Virus record (IMG/VR): IMGVR_UViG_3300037067_016777
Span: 32,001 to 96,000 of that record
Length of the DNA stretch: 64,000 nucleotides
Source: a virus
Taxonomy: Duplodnaviria > Caudoviricetes
Direction: 5' to 3' (one strand)
In this document: positions 9,527 through 18,627 of the stretch, piece by piece
How the letters are laid out: each line of letters begins with the position of its first letter
Position numbering within the stretch: the first letter of the stretch is position 1
Position numbers and translations under genes: made by a program
The notes under the pieces: model-generated
Database searches by the model: none
What the model was told of the DNA's origin: nothing
What the model saw: only the letters and a program-made list of their open reading frames with translations

Positions 9527-9970
9527 CTACTTCATTGCGACCAAGCGGACATCGCCGGTCTTTGCGTCAGCTTTTTCGGTAACGTGCCACCCTTGGCTCT
9601 GCAACGTTCGAGCGGCGACGGCAACACCGTATCGCTGCTTAAGCTTTTGCATTCCTTGGCCGAATACCTTCGCCAAGCCACCGGGACCCCACTCGTCGGC
9701 AACGACCACGAATGATCCGTTTGGTTGTTTGACCAGGCCGATGTCGTAATTGCATTCCGGATGCGTGATGACGTGATCACACTTGCCGTAGTCTTTCGGA
9801 CTGATGCCCTGCTTGTATGCGGCATTGTCCGCACTGTAATCGTTCATCCAGCGACCATACCACCGGAAGGTTTTCTGGTCTCGGACGAGCTCAGCACCAA
9901 GAAACCTCGCGGCGACTTCCAGTGCTTTCAGGTCCCTTACTTCGAGTTGAATCGTGACGACGTGTGACAT
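9527..9970 (-). CDS. DUF1257 (Ycf35-like) protein
   Basis: MSHVVTIQLEVRDL.AL..A...YDIGL...DEW...LKQRY. Confidence 0.8.
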   Translation of the reverse strand: MSHVVTIQLEVRDLKALEVAARFLGAELVRDQKTFRWYGRWMNDYSADNAAYKQGISPKDYGKCDHVITHPECNYDIGLVKQPNGSFVVVADEWGPGGLAKVFGQGMQKLKQRYGVAVAARTLQSQGWHVTEKADAKTGDVRLVAMK

Positions 9971-10236
9971 TGTTGTCTCCTGTGTGAAATCCCCTCTATT
10001 TCATCATAGCACGAAAGAAGGTGATTATTAACTCGTTGCCTATATCAAATCAGCACGAGCATTTTGGTAGTCGAGTGATTCGGATAGGCCCGATGTCGGT
10101 TGTGTTGCCACGAATTTGGATCGGCCAGAATCGCCAGCCGATCGGAGCAGACGGATATGATTGCCCATCCCGGTAGATCCATCGTCCGAACGTTGTACGC
10201 CACCCAGTCCACAACCATTCGACTTTCCATTCCATG

Positions 10237-11199
10237 TTATTCGTCCTCCTCGTCTTCGTCATCGCCCAGATCGATCGCTCTGGCTGGCATATCACGCAAC
10301 AACTTATCCAGATTCTCCTTGACAGTTGACATACGTTCGGCGACGACAGTAGCAATTCCCTCGTCTCCCTTGATGGATTCCGGAGTCTGCCCAGAAAGAA
10401 CTTCTTTGGCTTCGTCGGCAAGCAGCGCAAGCTCCTTGTCTCCGCAGACGTTGCGGGCCGAGAATAGCTCCAAGAAATCGACGATCTTGGTGATAGTGGT
10501 CGTGGCGAATTGCTTCCGCTTTCCGTTCGGCTGCGGAGACAGCCGATCAACGAGGTGATCGACAAGTTTCTTCAATCCAACCCTCAAGGCTGCCTTGATT
10601 TGAAGGGCCATGTCCTTGATTTCGGTTGCCTGTCGGTTCCTTTCCTGATGGGCAATCGCCTTGCTTACCTTCTTGTCGCTGGAGGGCGACCAGTCGAACC
10701 AACGCCGTTCGACCCAGAACTTGGCACGGAGAGCGTTGCGACCAGCTTCGGTGCTCACATCGAAATAATTCGATGCAAGAAATTGATCTTGCAACTCGAT
10801 TTTGGCTTCCTCTACCAAGTCGGCGTATTCGGCGACGAAGTGATCAGCCCACTTATTGTAGGCTTGTTCGGCGTTGGTGATCTTGTCATTGAGGTCATCA
10901 ACGAGCGGCAGCGGGACCAGATGCGTCCCTTCGGAGAATGGAGAGCCTGGGACTTGTCGCTTGACGGCGTAGCGGCGCATGTCTCGGGCGATGAAGAGCA
11001 ACTGCTCGTAGTTATCGCTCTGTAGGATTTTCTTGCTCAATCCGAGACGCTGTTTGTTTGCAATCGTCTGGATTTTTGCAAGGTTCCCTGTCCGGATGAT
11101 GCCGGTCTTGTGAAACCGAAGCAGCAAACAGGTCGTTAATTGGAGGACGTTTGCTGTTTCTTTGGCGTCTTCGGATTGAGCGGTTTCGATGGCGGTCAT
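10237..11199 (-). CDS. DUF3150-like helical protein
   Basis: LSKKIL...PF.EGTHLVP...LVDHLVDRLS...GKRKQF...FLELFSARNV...LDKLL pattern; has its own promoter and RBS. Confidence 0.65.
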   Translation of the reverse strand: MTAIETAQSEDAKETANVLQLTTCLLLRFHKTGIIRTGNLAKIQTIANKQRLGLSKKILQSDNYEQLLFIARDMRRYAVKRQVPGSPFSEGTHLVPLPLVDDLNDKITNAEQAYNKWADHFVAEYADLVEEAKIELQDQFLASNYFDVSTEAGRNALRAKFWVERRWFDWSPSSDKKVSKAIAHQERNRQATEIKDMALQIKAALRVGLKKLVDHLVDRLSPQPNGKRKQFATTTITKIVDFLELFSARNVCGDKELALLADEAKEVLSGQTPESIKGDEGIATVVAERMSTVKENLDKLLRDMPARAIDLGDDEDEEDE

Positions 11200-11265
11200 T
11201 TCAGATCTCCTGTTATTGTTTCCCTCTGATCTATTATAGCACGACGAGAGGGAATTATTAACCGA

Positions 11266-11550
11266 TTAGCGGGAGAGTGGCTCGAACTGTAGCATATCTC
11301 GGAAGCTTTGGTGCCAGATACGCCGATTGTCGGGAGGGAAGATGACCGGACCGAACCACGGCGAAACGATAGTCCAATAGCCCAATTCTACTCCCCTCTC
11401 ATCGAAGAAATAAACGATGGAGGTAAAAGGCTCTTTGGTTTCGTTACCGGAATACCAGTTGCGGCCGGTCAAGGTTCCACAACCAACTTGGGTGGCTCCG
11501 AGAGCCTTAAATTGTTCGATGATTTCGTAACTAACCTGATTTGCGAACAT
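11266..11550 (-). CDS. hypothetical protein
   Basis: AAGGA RBS; fits between a terminator and the next promoter. Confidence 0.6.
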   Translation of the reverse strand: MFANQVSYEIIEQFKALGATQVGCGTLTGRNWYSGNETKEPFTSIVYFFDERGVELGYWTIVSPWFGPVIFPPDNRRIWHQSFRDMLQFEPLSR

Positions 11551-11572
11551 GCTGAGTCCTTAGAAAAAGACA

Positions 11573-11614
11573 CTCTTGGCGGGGGCGACTACGAGCCGAC
11601 AGCCCCGCCAAGAG
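11573..11614 (-). terminator. intrinsic terminator after the AAA ATPase gene
   Basis: CTCTTGGCGGGG / CCCCGCCAAGAG stem followed on the minus strand by TGTCTTTTT. Confidence 0.65.
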
Positions 11615-11634
11615 CGACACACAGGACGCACAGA

Positions 11635-13200
11635 TCAGACGTGCAAAGCCCGATTGGGCTCATTGTTTCCCGGCAGCTTATAGACGCCTTCACGACTCGC
11701 GGACAAATAGCGTTCGTTCGCCGACTCCCGCAGCCGCTTGATTTCTTCCCGATCGGTCATACCAACGGGAGTGATGTAGGTGGCGGCTTCGGCAATCGGA
11801 ATGTTCATCCGGAACGCCTTGTCGCAGCAATGCTTGATGTCGCGAGCAGCCCATTTGTCGTCGTCCTTGAATGGCTTATCATCAAGCCCGTACTTCTTGA
11901 GGAGCACATCCCAGATTGGGCGACGTTCGACCTTCGGCGGTAGATCGAAGAAGAAAATGTCGGTGAATCGAGACTTCATTGCCCCCGATAGGCCGTCGAT
12001 GCTGTTGCTCGTGGCCAGCCACAGCGTTTCGTTGCCGCCGATAGCTTGCACGACCTTCAACGCCGACCGAATGAGGTTCTGGCTCTGGCCGACCAAAGAG
12101 CCCTGCATCGCACCAAGATCGATCCGGATAACGACGCGATCAAACTCGGCTCCGACTGCCTTGCAGATGGCCGACTTACCGCAGCCGGGAACACCTAGCA
12201 ACATGACACCGAACACATCAAAATCTTCCATCCAGGAAAGCAGCGTGCCTTCCTGGTCCTGATTGACGCCGCTCGTATCGCCACGAGCTGCCAAGCCGGT
12301 CTTCTCGATTTCGTCCAACCAGACGATAAGCTTGGGTTGTTTACGGCCGGTCATGATGCGGCTCAGGTAGGTCTTGATTTGGTCGAGGCCACCGAGATCC
12401 GTGAACTTCTCACCGCCACGATGGATCGAGAGTCCTTTCGTCTGTTCGACTTGCTTCCGCTTTGCAATCCAGCAATGCTCAAGGTCGATGCCACTCGCTG
12501 GGACCTGCCCTTCGACGGTCTGCGGACGTAAAGCCATTGCCACGACCTGTTCGGCTCCGAAGTATGGGAGGCCCTTAACGGCTTCGACGACGCGATCGAC
12601 CGCCTCGTCGCTCGCCAACGGCCGCTTCTTCTTGATGCCGGTCCCACCACAAACCTTGCAGCTTTTCAACCCATCACAGTCACAGAGGCTGACTTGTGCA
12701 TCGAGGTCCTTGACGCACTTTGCCAATTGCTCCTCGTTGGGCATCGGCTCTTCGATGATGATGACGTCGTTCTTGAGGCTCGCCGGAAGTTGGATTGTGT
12801 CGGCAAGCAATACGAGAGTGCAGCACGCCCGTTTGAAATCGTCGCGAAGGTTCCAAACGGCCTGACGGACAGTGGGGTTGTCGAGCCAGTCCGTTGCAGC
12901 TTGCATCGCGATGATGGAACCGCTCGGGATCAGGCTCAGATCTGAAATCGCCTTCAGGAAGCCAAAGGGCGACAGGGTGTTCAAATCGTCGTTCAGTGTG
13001 GCCACCGTTTTGGTGGCCATCTTGTTGTAACCATTCACGCCGCTGGCAGAGTTCCACATCATTAGCGCGGCATTCCGTGGGATTTCGCAGCAGTCCTTGA
13101 GGAGCGTCTGTATCGTGGCGGCAGGGTCAGAACATTCGATGCCGATGAGAGGCACACCAGCCTTGCGAGCAGCCAAAAATTGTTCAGTGAATGTTAACAA
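11635..13200 (-). CDS. Ycf46-like AAA+ ATPase with permuted Walker motifs
   Basis: DLGGLDQIK, IVWLDEIEK, GVPGCGKS, IDLGAMQGSLVGQSQ, ATSN, SRFTDIFFFDLP; TTG start after ACAGGAGA. Confidence 0.9.
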   Translation of the reverse strand: MLTFTEQFLAARKAGVPLIGIECSDPAATIQTLLKDCCEIPRNAALMMWNSASGVNGYNKMATKTVATLNDDLNTLSPFGFLKAISDLSLIPSGSIIAMQAATDWLDNPTVRQAVWNLRDDFKRACCTLVLLADTIQLPASLKNDVIIIEEPMPNEEQLAKCVKDLDAQVSLCDCDGLKSCKVCGGTGIKKKRPLASDEAVDRVVEAVKGLPYFGAEQVVAMALRPQTVEGQVPASGIDLEHCWIAKRKQVEQTKGLSIHRGGEKFTDLGGLDQIKTYLSRIMTGRKQPKLIVWLDEIEKTGLAARGDTSGVNQDQEGTLLSWMEDFDVFGVMLLGVPGCGKSAICKAVGAEFDRVVIRIDLGAMQGSLVGQSQNLIRSALKVVQAIGGNETLWLATSNSIDGLSGAMKSRFTDIFFFDLPPKVERRPIWDVLLKKYGLDDKPFKDDDKWAARDIKHCCDKAFRMNIPIAEAATYITPVGMTDREEIKRLRESANERYLSASREGVYKLPGNNEPNRALHV

Positions 13201-13270
13201 GGCAATTCTCCTGTGTTTCGGGGAGGACCTCCCTCCCTCTGATCTGTCATAGCACGAAATAGTTACGTGC

Positions 13271-13612
13271 TTAACTCGTAGTCGTTGACGTTGCCAGAAA
13301 ACGAGATACTTTCCATCGGTTGCTGAGAAGAGCTTTCAGATGCGTTTTGTCCAGCGTGCTGTGTGTCATCAGGGTGGGATTGACGTTATCGGGTAGATTG
13401 TCAAGCACGTTCTGGAAGACGAAGGCAACCTCAATGGCCCCTGAATGTGGCTCTTCCCAAAGACGCACTTCACAATGCTTCATCAGCATTTCGCGATTAC
13501 TGCCCTTTTCAATCTTGAACTCTGGACCAAGCTTTCGCAAAAGTCGATCTCGCCAAGTGGTAGGATCGACGCCAACATCGCCCTCTAAGGAACAAGCTCT
13601 GTAATTTGGCAT
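13271..13612 (-). CDS. hypothetical protein
   Basis: promoter, hairpin leader and ACAGGA RBS. Confidence 0.7.
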   Translation of the reverse strand: MPNYRACSLEGDVGVDPTTWRDRLLRKLGPEFKIEKGSNREMLMKHCEVRLWEEPHSGAIEVAFVFQNVLDNLPDNVNPTLMTHSTLDKTHLKALLSNRWKVSRFLATSTTTS

Positions 13613-14361
13613 CGTGAGTTTCCTGTGTTTTGAGGAGGACCTCCCTCCCTCTGATCTATCATAGCACGACGAGAGGTAATTATTAACTCGGCTTGCTGGA
13701 TGGCTTCTTCCATCAACAGGACTTCATGGTAAGCCATCCAGCCATCGGGGTGTTTGGGGCAAGGGTAGCCTGTTTTATCCCACGCCTCATAAATGGGAAT
13801 GCGGTATTCTGCCATAGGGAGAATCAGAGCATTCGAATAATCAGACATTGTGGTTGCTCTTTGCTTGCGACCAGTTGGGCGAACATTGAACTTCGTGCAG
13901 CGATGGACCGAGGTAAGTCGTCTCTGATCCAATAATGAACCAACCACGCCTGGCCCGGTTCTTTTCGTCTCTGGCCGTTGTGAATGCGACGGCCGATGGA
14001 AGTACCCCGAAATGCTTTGCGATCTTTTCTTGTTTTGTCATTTTCCTTAATCGGCTATGGCTTCCTCGACCGCTTCATCGACCATCTGTTGAAAATACCC
14101 GCTGTTCTTGATGAAGTCTTGGGCGCTCTGATAAGAACAGTTGCTAAGATAGTTCGGAGTTCCATAGGATGACTGGCGCAACCATCCGATCGTAATCTTG
14201 ACGATGCACCAGCCCCATCGGCCCTCTGCCGTCTTCATGTTCTCACGGACACACTTGGCGTAGCCTTTCATCGAGCCGGTCCGCTTCTCGGATTGTTCCG
14301 GTGTTTCTTCTTCGGCCAGCGCTTCGATGGTGATGGTGAGTTTGTTTTTGCCAGCAGCCAT
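13585..14361 (-). CDS. three small hypothetical genes (14047-14361, 13841-14041, 13585-13848)
   Basis: coupled ORFs downstream of promoter 14410-14439. Confidence 0.6.
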
Positions 14362-14447
14362 TTCGATTCTCCTGTGTGTCGGAGCGGACCTCCCGCCCCC
14401 TCCTACCTAGTTATAGCACGAGGGGCGGGAACTATTAACCGACTTCA

Positions 14448-14687
14448 TTACTTCGCTTCTGTGGTGAGTGCGTCGGTCAGGCTTGAGTAGTAACGATGAT
14501 TGACCCAACTACCGTTATCCATCTCAGCGCATGCCCAATGGATTGAGCGATTGTTGACGCATGCCCAAATCCTGATTCGAGGATGTGGGAGACGCGAACG
14601 GCTGAAGATCGGCGGATCACCGACCATGCGTTGCGGTTCGATAGTGTAGCCAAGGATCTCAGCGAGTTCAATCTCTTTTTGGTACAT
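14448..14687 (-). CDS. hypothetical protein, paralogue A
   Basis: shares GDPPIFSRSRLPHPRIRIW with 15334..15576. Confidence 0.75.
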   Translation of the reverse strand: MYQKEIELAEILGYTIEPQRMVGDPPIFSRSRLPHPRIRIWACVNNRSIHWACAEMDNGSWVNHRYYSSLTDALTTEAK

Positions 14688-14719
14688 TGTGGTTTCCCTC
14701 ATATATAGTCCCAGTCAGA

Positions 14720-15106
14720 TTAACGACGGGGCGAATCGTAGAACACGACATTGGGCATATGCCTGTTCTTACAAATCTTACGAGCTTTCTGCTCCACCTT
14801 CTCTGTCCACCTTCCACCCTGGATGTGGTGGCTACGGCATGGGCATTGAATGCAGAAATACGGTTTGCCGTTGTAGCGAAAGCTACTGACGAAGATGGGA
14901 ACAGGCAGAGAGACAGGGCGAAAGTATGCCTCGATATACCTGCTGCCGTCAATCGACGAAAACTTCGCCAGTACTTCGCCGTCCATGATGCTCTGCCGTA
15001 CTCCAGCCATGACACGGAAGACGAATAAGCCTTTGTGCCCTTGGATGGTCCAGCGAATGACATGACGACCGTTCTCGACGACGCGCTTGGAGCGTGCTAT
15101 TGCCAT
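14720..15106 (-). CDS. hypothetical protein with Cys/His motifs
   Basis: promoter and ACAGGAGA RBS. Confidence 0.65.
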   Translation of the reverse strand: MAIARSKRVVENGRHVIRWTIQGHKGLFVFRVMAGVRQSIMDGEVLAKFSSIDGSRYIEAYFRPVSLPVPIFVSSFRYNGKPYFCIQCPCRSHHIQGGRWTEKVEQKARKICKNRHMPNVVFYDSPRR

Positions 15107-15151
15107 GTGTGTTTCTCCTGTACCCCGTTATAGCACGACGACGGGGAACTA

Positions 15152-15337
15152 TTAACGGTGCTCGAATCTGACCAGACGCCTATTCAAGTCATAGACGCGC
15201 TCCAAGATGTCAAGAACATGTGAAGCCATCTTGCGGTTCCACGTCTCACCTGGAACGTTCTGCCAATGGCCGTCGCCCCACTTAAGCTGGAAATAGAGGG
15301 TCCGGCCATTCGTGCACTGTTCAACCTTGATCTTCAT
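15152..15337 (-). CDS. hypothetical protein
   Basis: ATGA coupling; GGAGG RBS. Confidence 0.6.
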   Translation of the reverse strand: MKIKVEQCTNGRTLYFQLKWGDGHWQNVPGETWNRKMASHVLDILERVYDLNRRLVRFEHR

Positions 15338-15576
15338 TTTGCCTCCATCGTGATGGCTTCCGTCAGGTCCGCATAATAGCGGTGGTTCTTCCAACCGCCA
15401 TTGTCCAACTCGGCACACGCCCAACGGATCTTGCAATCGTGGACGCATTCCCAAATCCTGATTCGAGGATGTGGTAGACGCGACCGGCTGAAGATCGGCG
15501 GATCACCGGCTTGCCGTTGCGATTCGACTGTGTAGCCAAGGCTTCGAGCGAGTTCAATCTCTTTTTGGTATCCCAT
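15334..15576 (-). CDS. hypothetical protein, paralogue B
   Basis: highly similar in DNA and protein to 14448..14687. Confidence 0.75.
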   Translation of the reverse strand: MGYQKEIELARSLGYTVESQRQAGDPPIFSRSRLPHPRIRIWECVHDCKIRWACAELDNGGWKNHRYYADLTEAITMEAK

Positions 15577-15699
15577 GTGGTTCCTTTCAACATGAGCATC
15601 GGTTGTGCTGCTCAACCCCATGTCGCCATCGGTACTGGCGTAAGGGACAGACAACCGATGTCTCTCGGTACTAAGTTATAGCACGAGTGGAGGGAACTA

Positions 15700-16226
15700 T
15701 TAACCGATGACGGTGACGCTCTTACGGAAGGCAACCCGACATTCCTGTAGGTTGTCGTTGTCGATACCACCATCAAGCTGCCAGCATTGGTATCGGATAG
15801 CCTTGGCTGCTTGTCGGATCGTCGCCATGATCGGCTTGAATCCTGGAAGGCCGAAACCCCAAAAGCTGTCGTCGTTTTCACCCGACAGATCAACCGCTCT
15901 GTCGAATGCCAGTTTGCAGGCTGTCTTGAACTCGGCTGCTATCATTCGTCGTCCTCCTCTTCCTCTTCCCATTCTTCAACGAGATAGCCGAAACTGGTCG
16001 CCATTTCGTTGATGAGTTGGGTCTTGGTCATATGATCGTAGCCAACGCAGCCATCACGCAGCATATCGCCGTACATGTCTGCTCTGTCCGTGGAGCTACT
16101 GTCGATGAAAGCACTAACCAAATTGTCGACAAGACGCTCGATGACGTCTTCCATCCCGTGCCGCTCGATAATCTCGGCAGCGGCTTTCTTCAACCGTCGT
16201 AGTTCTTTTTGTTCGGCTGGTGTCAT
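15700..16226 (-). CDS. two small hypothetical genes (15942-16226, 15700-15945)
   Basis: downstream of promoter 16244-16273; ATGA coupling; the first has an acidic tail. Confidence 0.65.
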
Positions 16227-16342
16227 GGTTTCCCTCCTACCTAGTTATAGCACGACAACAGGGGATTATTAACCTCGGGTTTGGATACGACAGCACCCCC
16301 CCCATGGCGACTACGGGCCACCTCTTGACTTGTTAGGGCCTT

Positions 16343-17433
16343 TCAGCCAGCGCCTGATAAAGCGCTGCGTGGGACGCCCAATGGCAAAATGTCAGTTTCT
16401 TCGGTCGTCACCTTTCCGCCATTTCGGATTGCCCAATCGGCTCGACTGGCAAATTCCCTTTGGGCATCTCGATCATCCCAGTCGATGACTCGCTTGTTGC
16501 ATTCACCAGTATCAGAATAAAAGACGGTGCAAAGAACCTTCAACATGGTTGTCCTTTCCAAGTAGGAAATCTACTAATCCCATTCGCCGATGACGGCTCG
16601 CAAATCCTTTTCGAAGGCATCACCGCACCATGAGTTCAGACCGAACTCGATTACACCAGCCCCAAGCTTCTGGCGGTCAAATACGGCCACCTTGCCGGGT
16701 TCCTTGAAGACGACGGCAACCATCGGGTATCGCGAACCTCTGACGACACAATCAAAAGTGACGACACAGAAGCCCGCGTTTTGTCCGTTCCGGTGGTAGG
16801 TTTTTTCAGTCGAGCCAGGAACGATAGGGGTGAATTCGTCGTGCTGGCTTTTCATGCTCTCCCTTTCCAAGTTGGAAACCCGATGGCAGAGGGTGTCGTC
16901 ATTAACGGCAGCCTCTGCCATCCTCCCTATTCAGGAGAATGGCGAAAATAATTCCCTGCTAGGTGGTCCTGTCACTCAACCCCATTCCGCCTTCCAAACG
17001 CCGTACAACGGCAGGGCTGGATGGCCTATGGAACCGTGGCTATCAACCACGGTGATGCAGGGTTCGAGTAGCAGGCACCGCAACAGCAAAATCGCGATGC
17101 CGAGCATGTTTTCTCCTCCTCTACCCAATCGTAGCACAAATGCAGGTGATTGTTAACTTGTGTCCTTTCCACTCTGGAAATCTAACCGCCATATCCGACG
17201 ATCAGACCAGCGACAACTCGGCCGATGGTAGAACACCAAATCCCGTTGACCTTCACAATCCAACCAACGCCGTCGATCGGGCGTAGCTCTGACAGAACGA
17301 TTGGACCGCTAAAGCCGAACATTTCGTGGCCGACAATCTCCACTCGACCAACAAGTCCAGTAAAGGTGGCCTTCACGCCGTGGTCTTTTTTGAGCCACCA
17401 GCATACGCTTTCGCCAAGTTCGTGATATTCCAT
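16343..17433 (-). CDS. four small hypothetical genes (17182-17433, 16976-17107, 16574-16855, 16343-16546)
   Basis: each has a purine-rich RBS; three RBSs overlap the TTTCC-N5-GGAAA palindrome. Confidence 0.6.
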
Positions 17434-17454
17434 GTTTTTCTTCCACGAAGGAAA

Positions 17455-17984
17455 CTACATTTCCTCGAATTGGACGCTCTTCACGAAGACACGGACACCA
17501 AGCCGCACAGTCTTCCGCGTGTCGGTTTCTTCGTCTTCTCGCACGTGAGTGACACAGCCGTCTCTCCACTGGAACTCCGTTTCTTTTCCGTCGGAGTCCA
17601 CGACAACACGACTCCCCATATCGTCCAGCGACGACCGCAGTTCTGCTGCGACTGCTTTGCAAAACTCCTCGGCATACTTTTCCGGTGCTTGCATCGATCA
17701 ATCTCCTGTGTGTTGGGGAGGGCTTCTTTCCACGAAGGAAAGTACGATCACAAATCCTCTTCCGTCACGGAGACGACGACGACTCGCACATCGAGCTGCA
17801 CAACCGTCCGTTTGCCAGTTTCTTCGTTCTCTTTCGTCACGCGACCACTTCTCCAGTCAAGATCGTATTCGCTGCCATCGGGCAAGAGCAGCATCCAGGA
17901 GCCGTTGCACAACGCCTCTCCCACGTTGTCCTCTGCTGCTTTTCGGACTTCTTCTGCAAACTGCGTTTGTTCTGGTGTAGACAC
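17455..17984 (-). CDS. tandem paralogue pair (17748-17984, 17455-17694)
   Basis: shared PE..AEE..KA...GS......DG.E....WR.G.VT...EET..R..V.L.VRV.V.SV..E; ACAGGAGA RBS on both. Confidence 0.7.
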
Positions 17985-18075
17985 GTTCGTTCTCCTGTTG
18001 TTTTGGGAGGACCTCCCTCCCTCTGGTACGTCGTAGCACGACGAGGGCACTTTCTTTCCACGAAGGAAAGCACGA

Positions 18076-18627
18076 TCAGCTTTTTGCGGCTGTGATCAAC
18101 AACTCTCTGTTGTGGGCGATTGCCAGCCCGATGCCGAGTCGCGCTTCCTCTACGGAAAGTAGAGGGTATCGTTTGCGCATCTCGTACACAAGACCGTCGC
18201 AGATCCGCTGCAGCCTCTTTTTTGGCGGCAGCTTGATCGGTGAGTGGTAAACGATGGTTTCAGACATGCTTGCCTCGTGAAAAAGGAGGGTGTCGGTCGT
18301 AGGCAACAATCCCTATCTTGCGATATTGGACCACAGTGTCGGCTTTTCGCCGTCTTTGGCTAGGATGACTTGTGCCTACGACCGACACCCTCCCCAGCCA
18401 GACGGACCAGGGGAGGGTGTCACCACGACGGATCAGATCGGGCCGATCACGGGTGCTGCGGCAACGAGCTTCTCTCGATGCGCGTTGAGCGTCATTCCGG
18501 CGAGCATCCGGGCTTGATCGTAGTCAGCGGGCGTCGGGACATACTCGTCGCCCTTGTCAGCCGTGTCGCGAAGGACGATCCCGTTGACAATGCTCTCGGT
18601 GATAGCGTGGAATTGCTTCTGGGTCAT
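18076..18627 (-). CDS. two weakly similar small genes (18433-18627, 18076-18267)
   Basis: shared AR...G.......RE.L..AA C-terminal pattern. Confidence 0.55.
18285..18421 (-). promoter_or_regulatory. alternative-hairpin element (21-bp stem plus U-run versus a competing 12-bp stem)
   Basis: 18285-18305 pairs with 18373-18393; 18384-18395 pairs with 18410-18421. Confidence 0.6.

Larger units (their letters stand above)
6243..18069. promoter_or_regulatory. dispersed palindrome TTTCC-N5-GGAAA, 8 copies
   Basis: 6243-6257, 7260-7274, 16555-16569, 16864-16878, 17166-17180, 17440-17454 (1 mismatch), 17727-17741, 18055-18069; all intergenic or over an RBS or promoter. Confidence 0.75.

Noticed and set aside
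14448-15576. Diversity-generating retroelement TR/VR pair
   Set aside because: Differences are not confined to adenines, both copies are whole genes, and no reverse transcriptase is present
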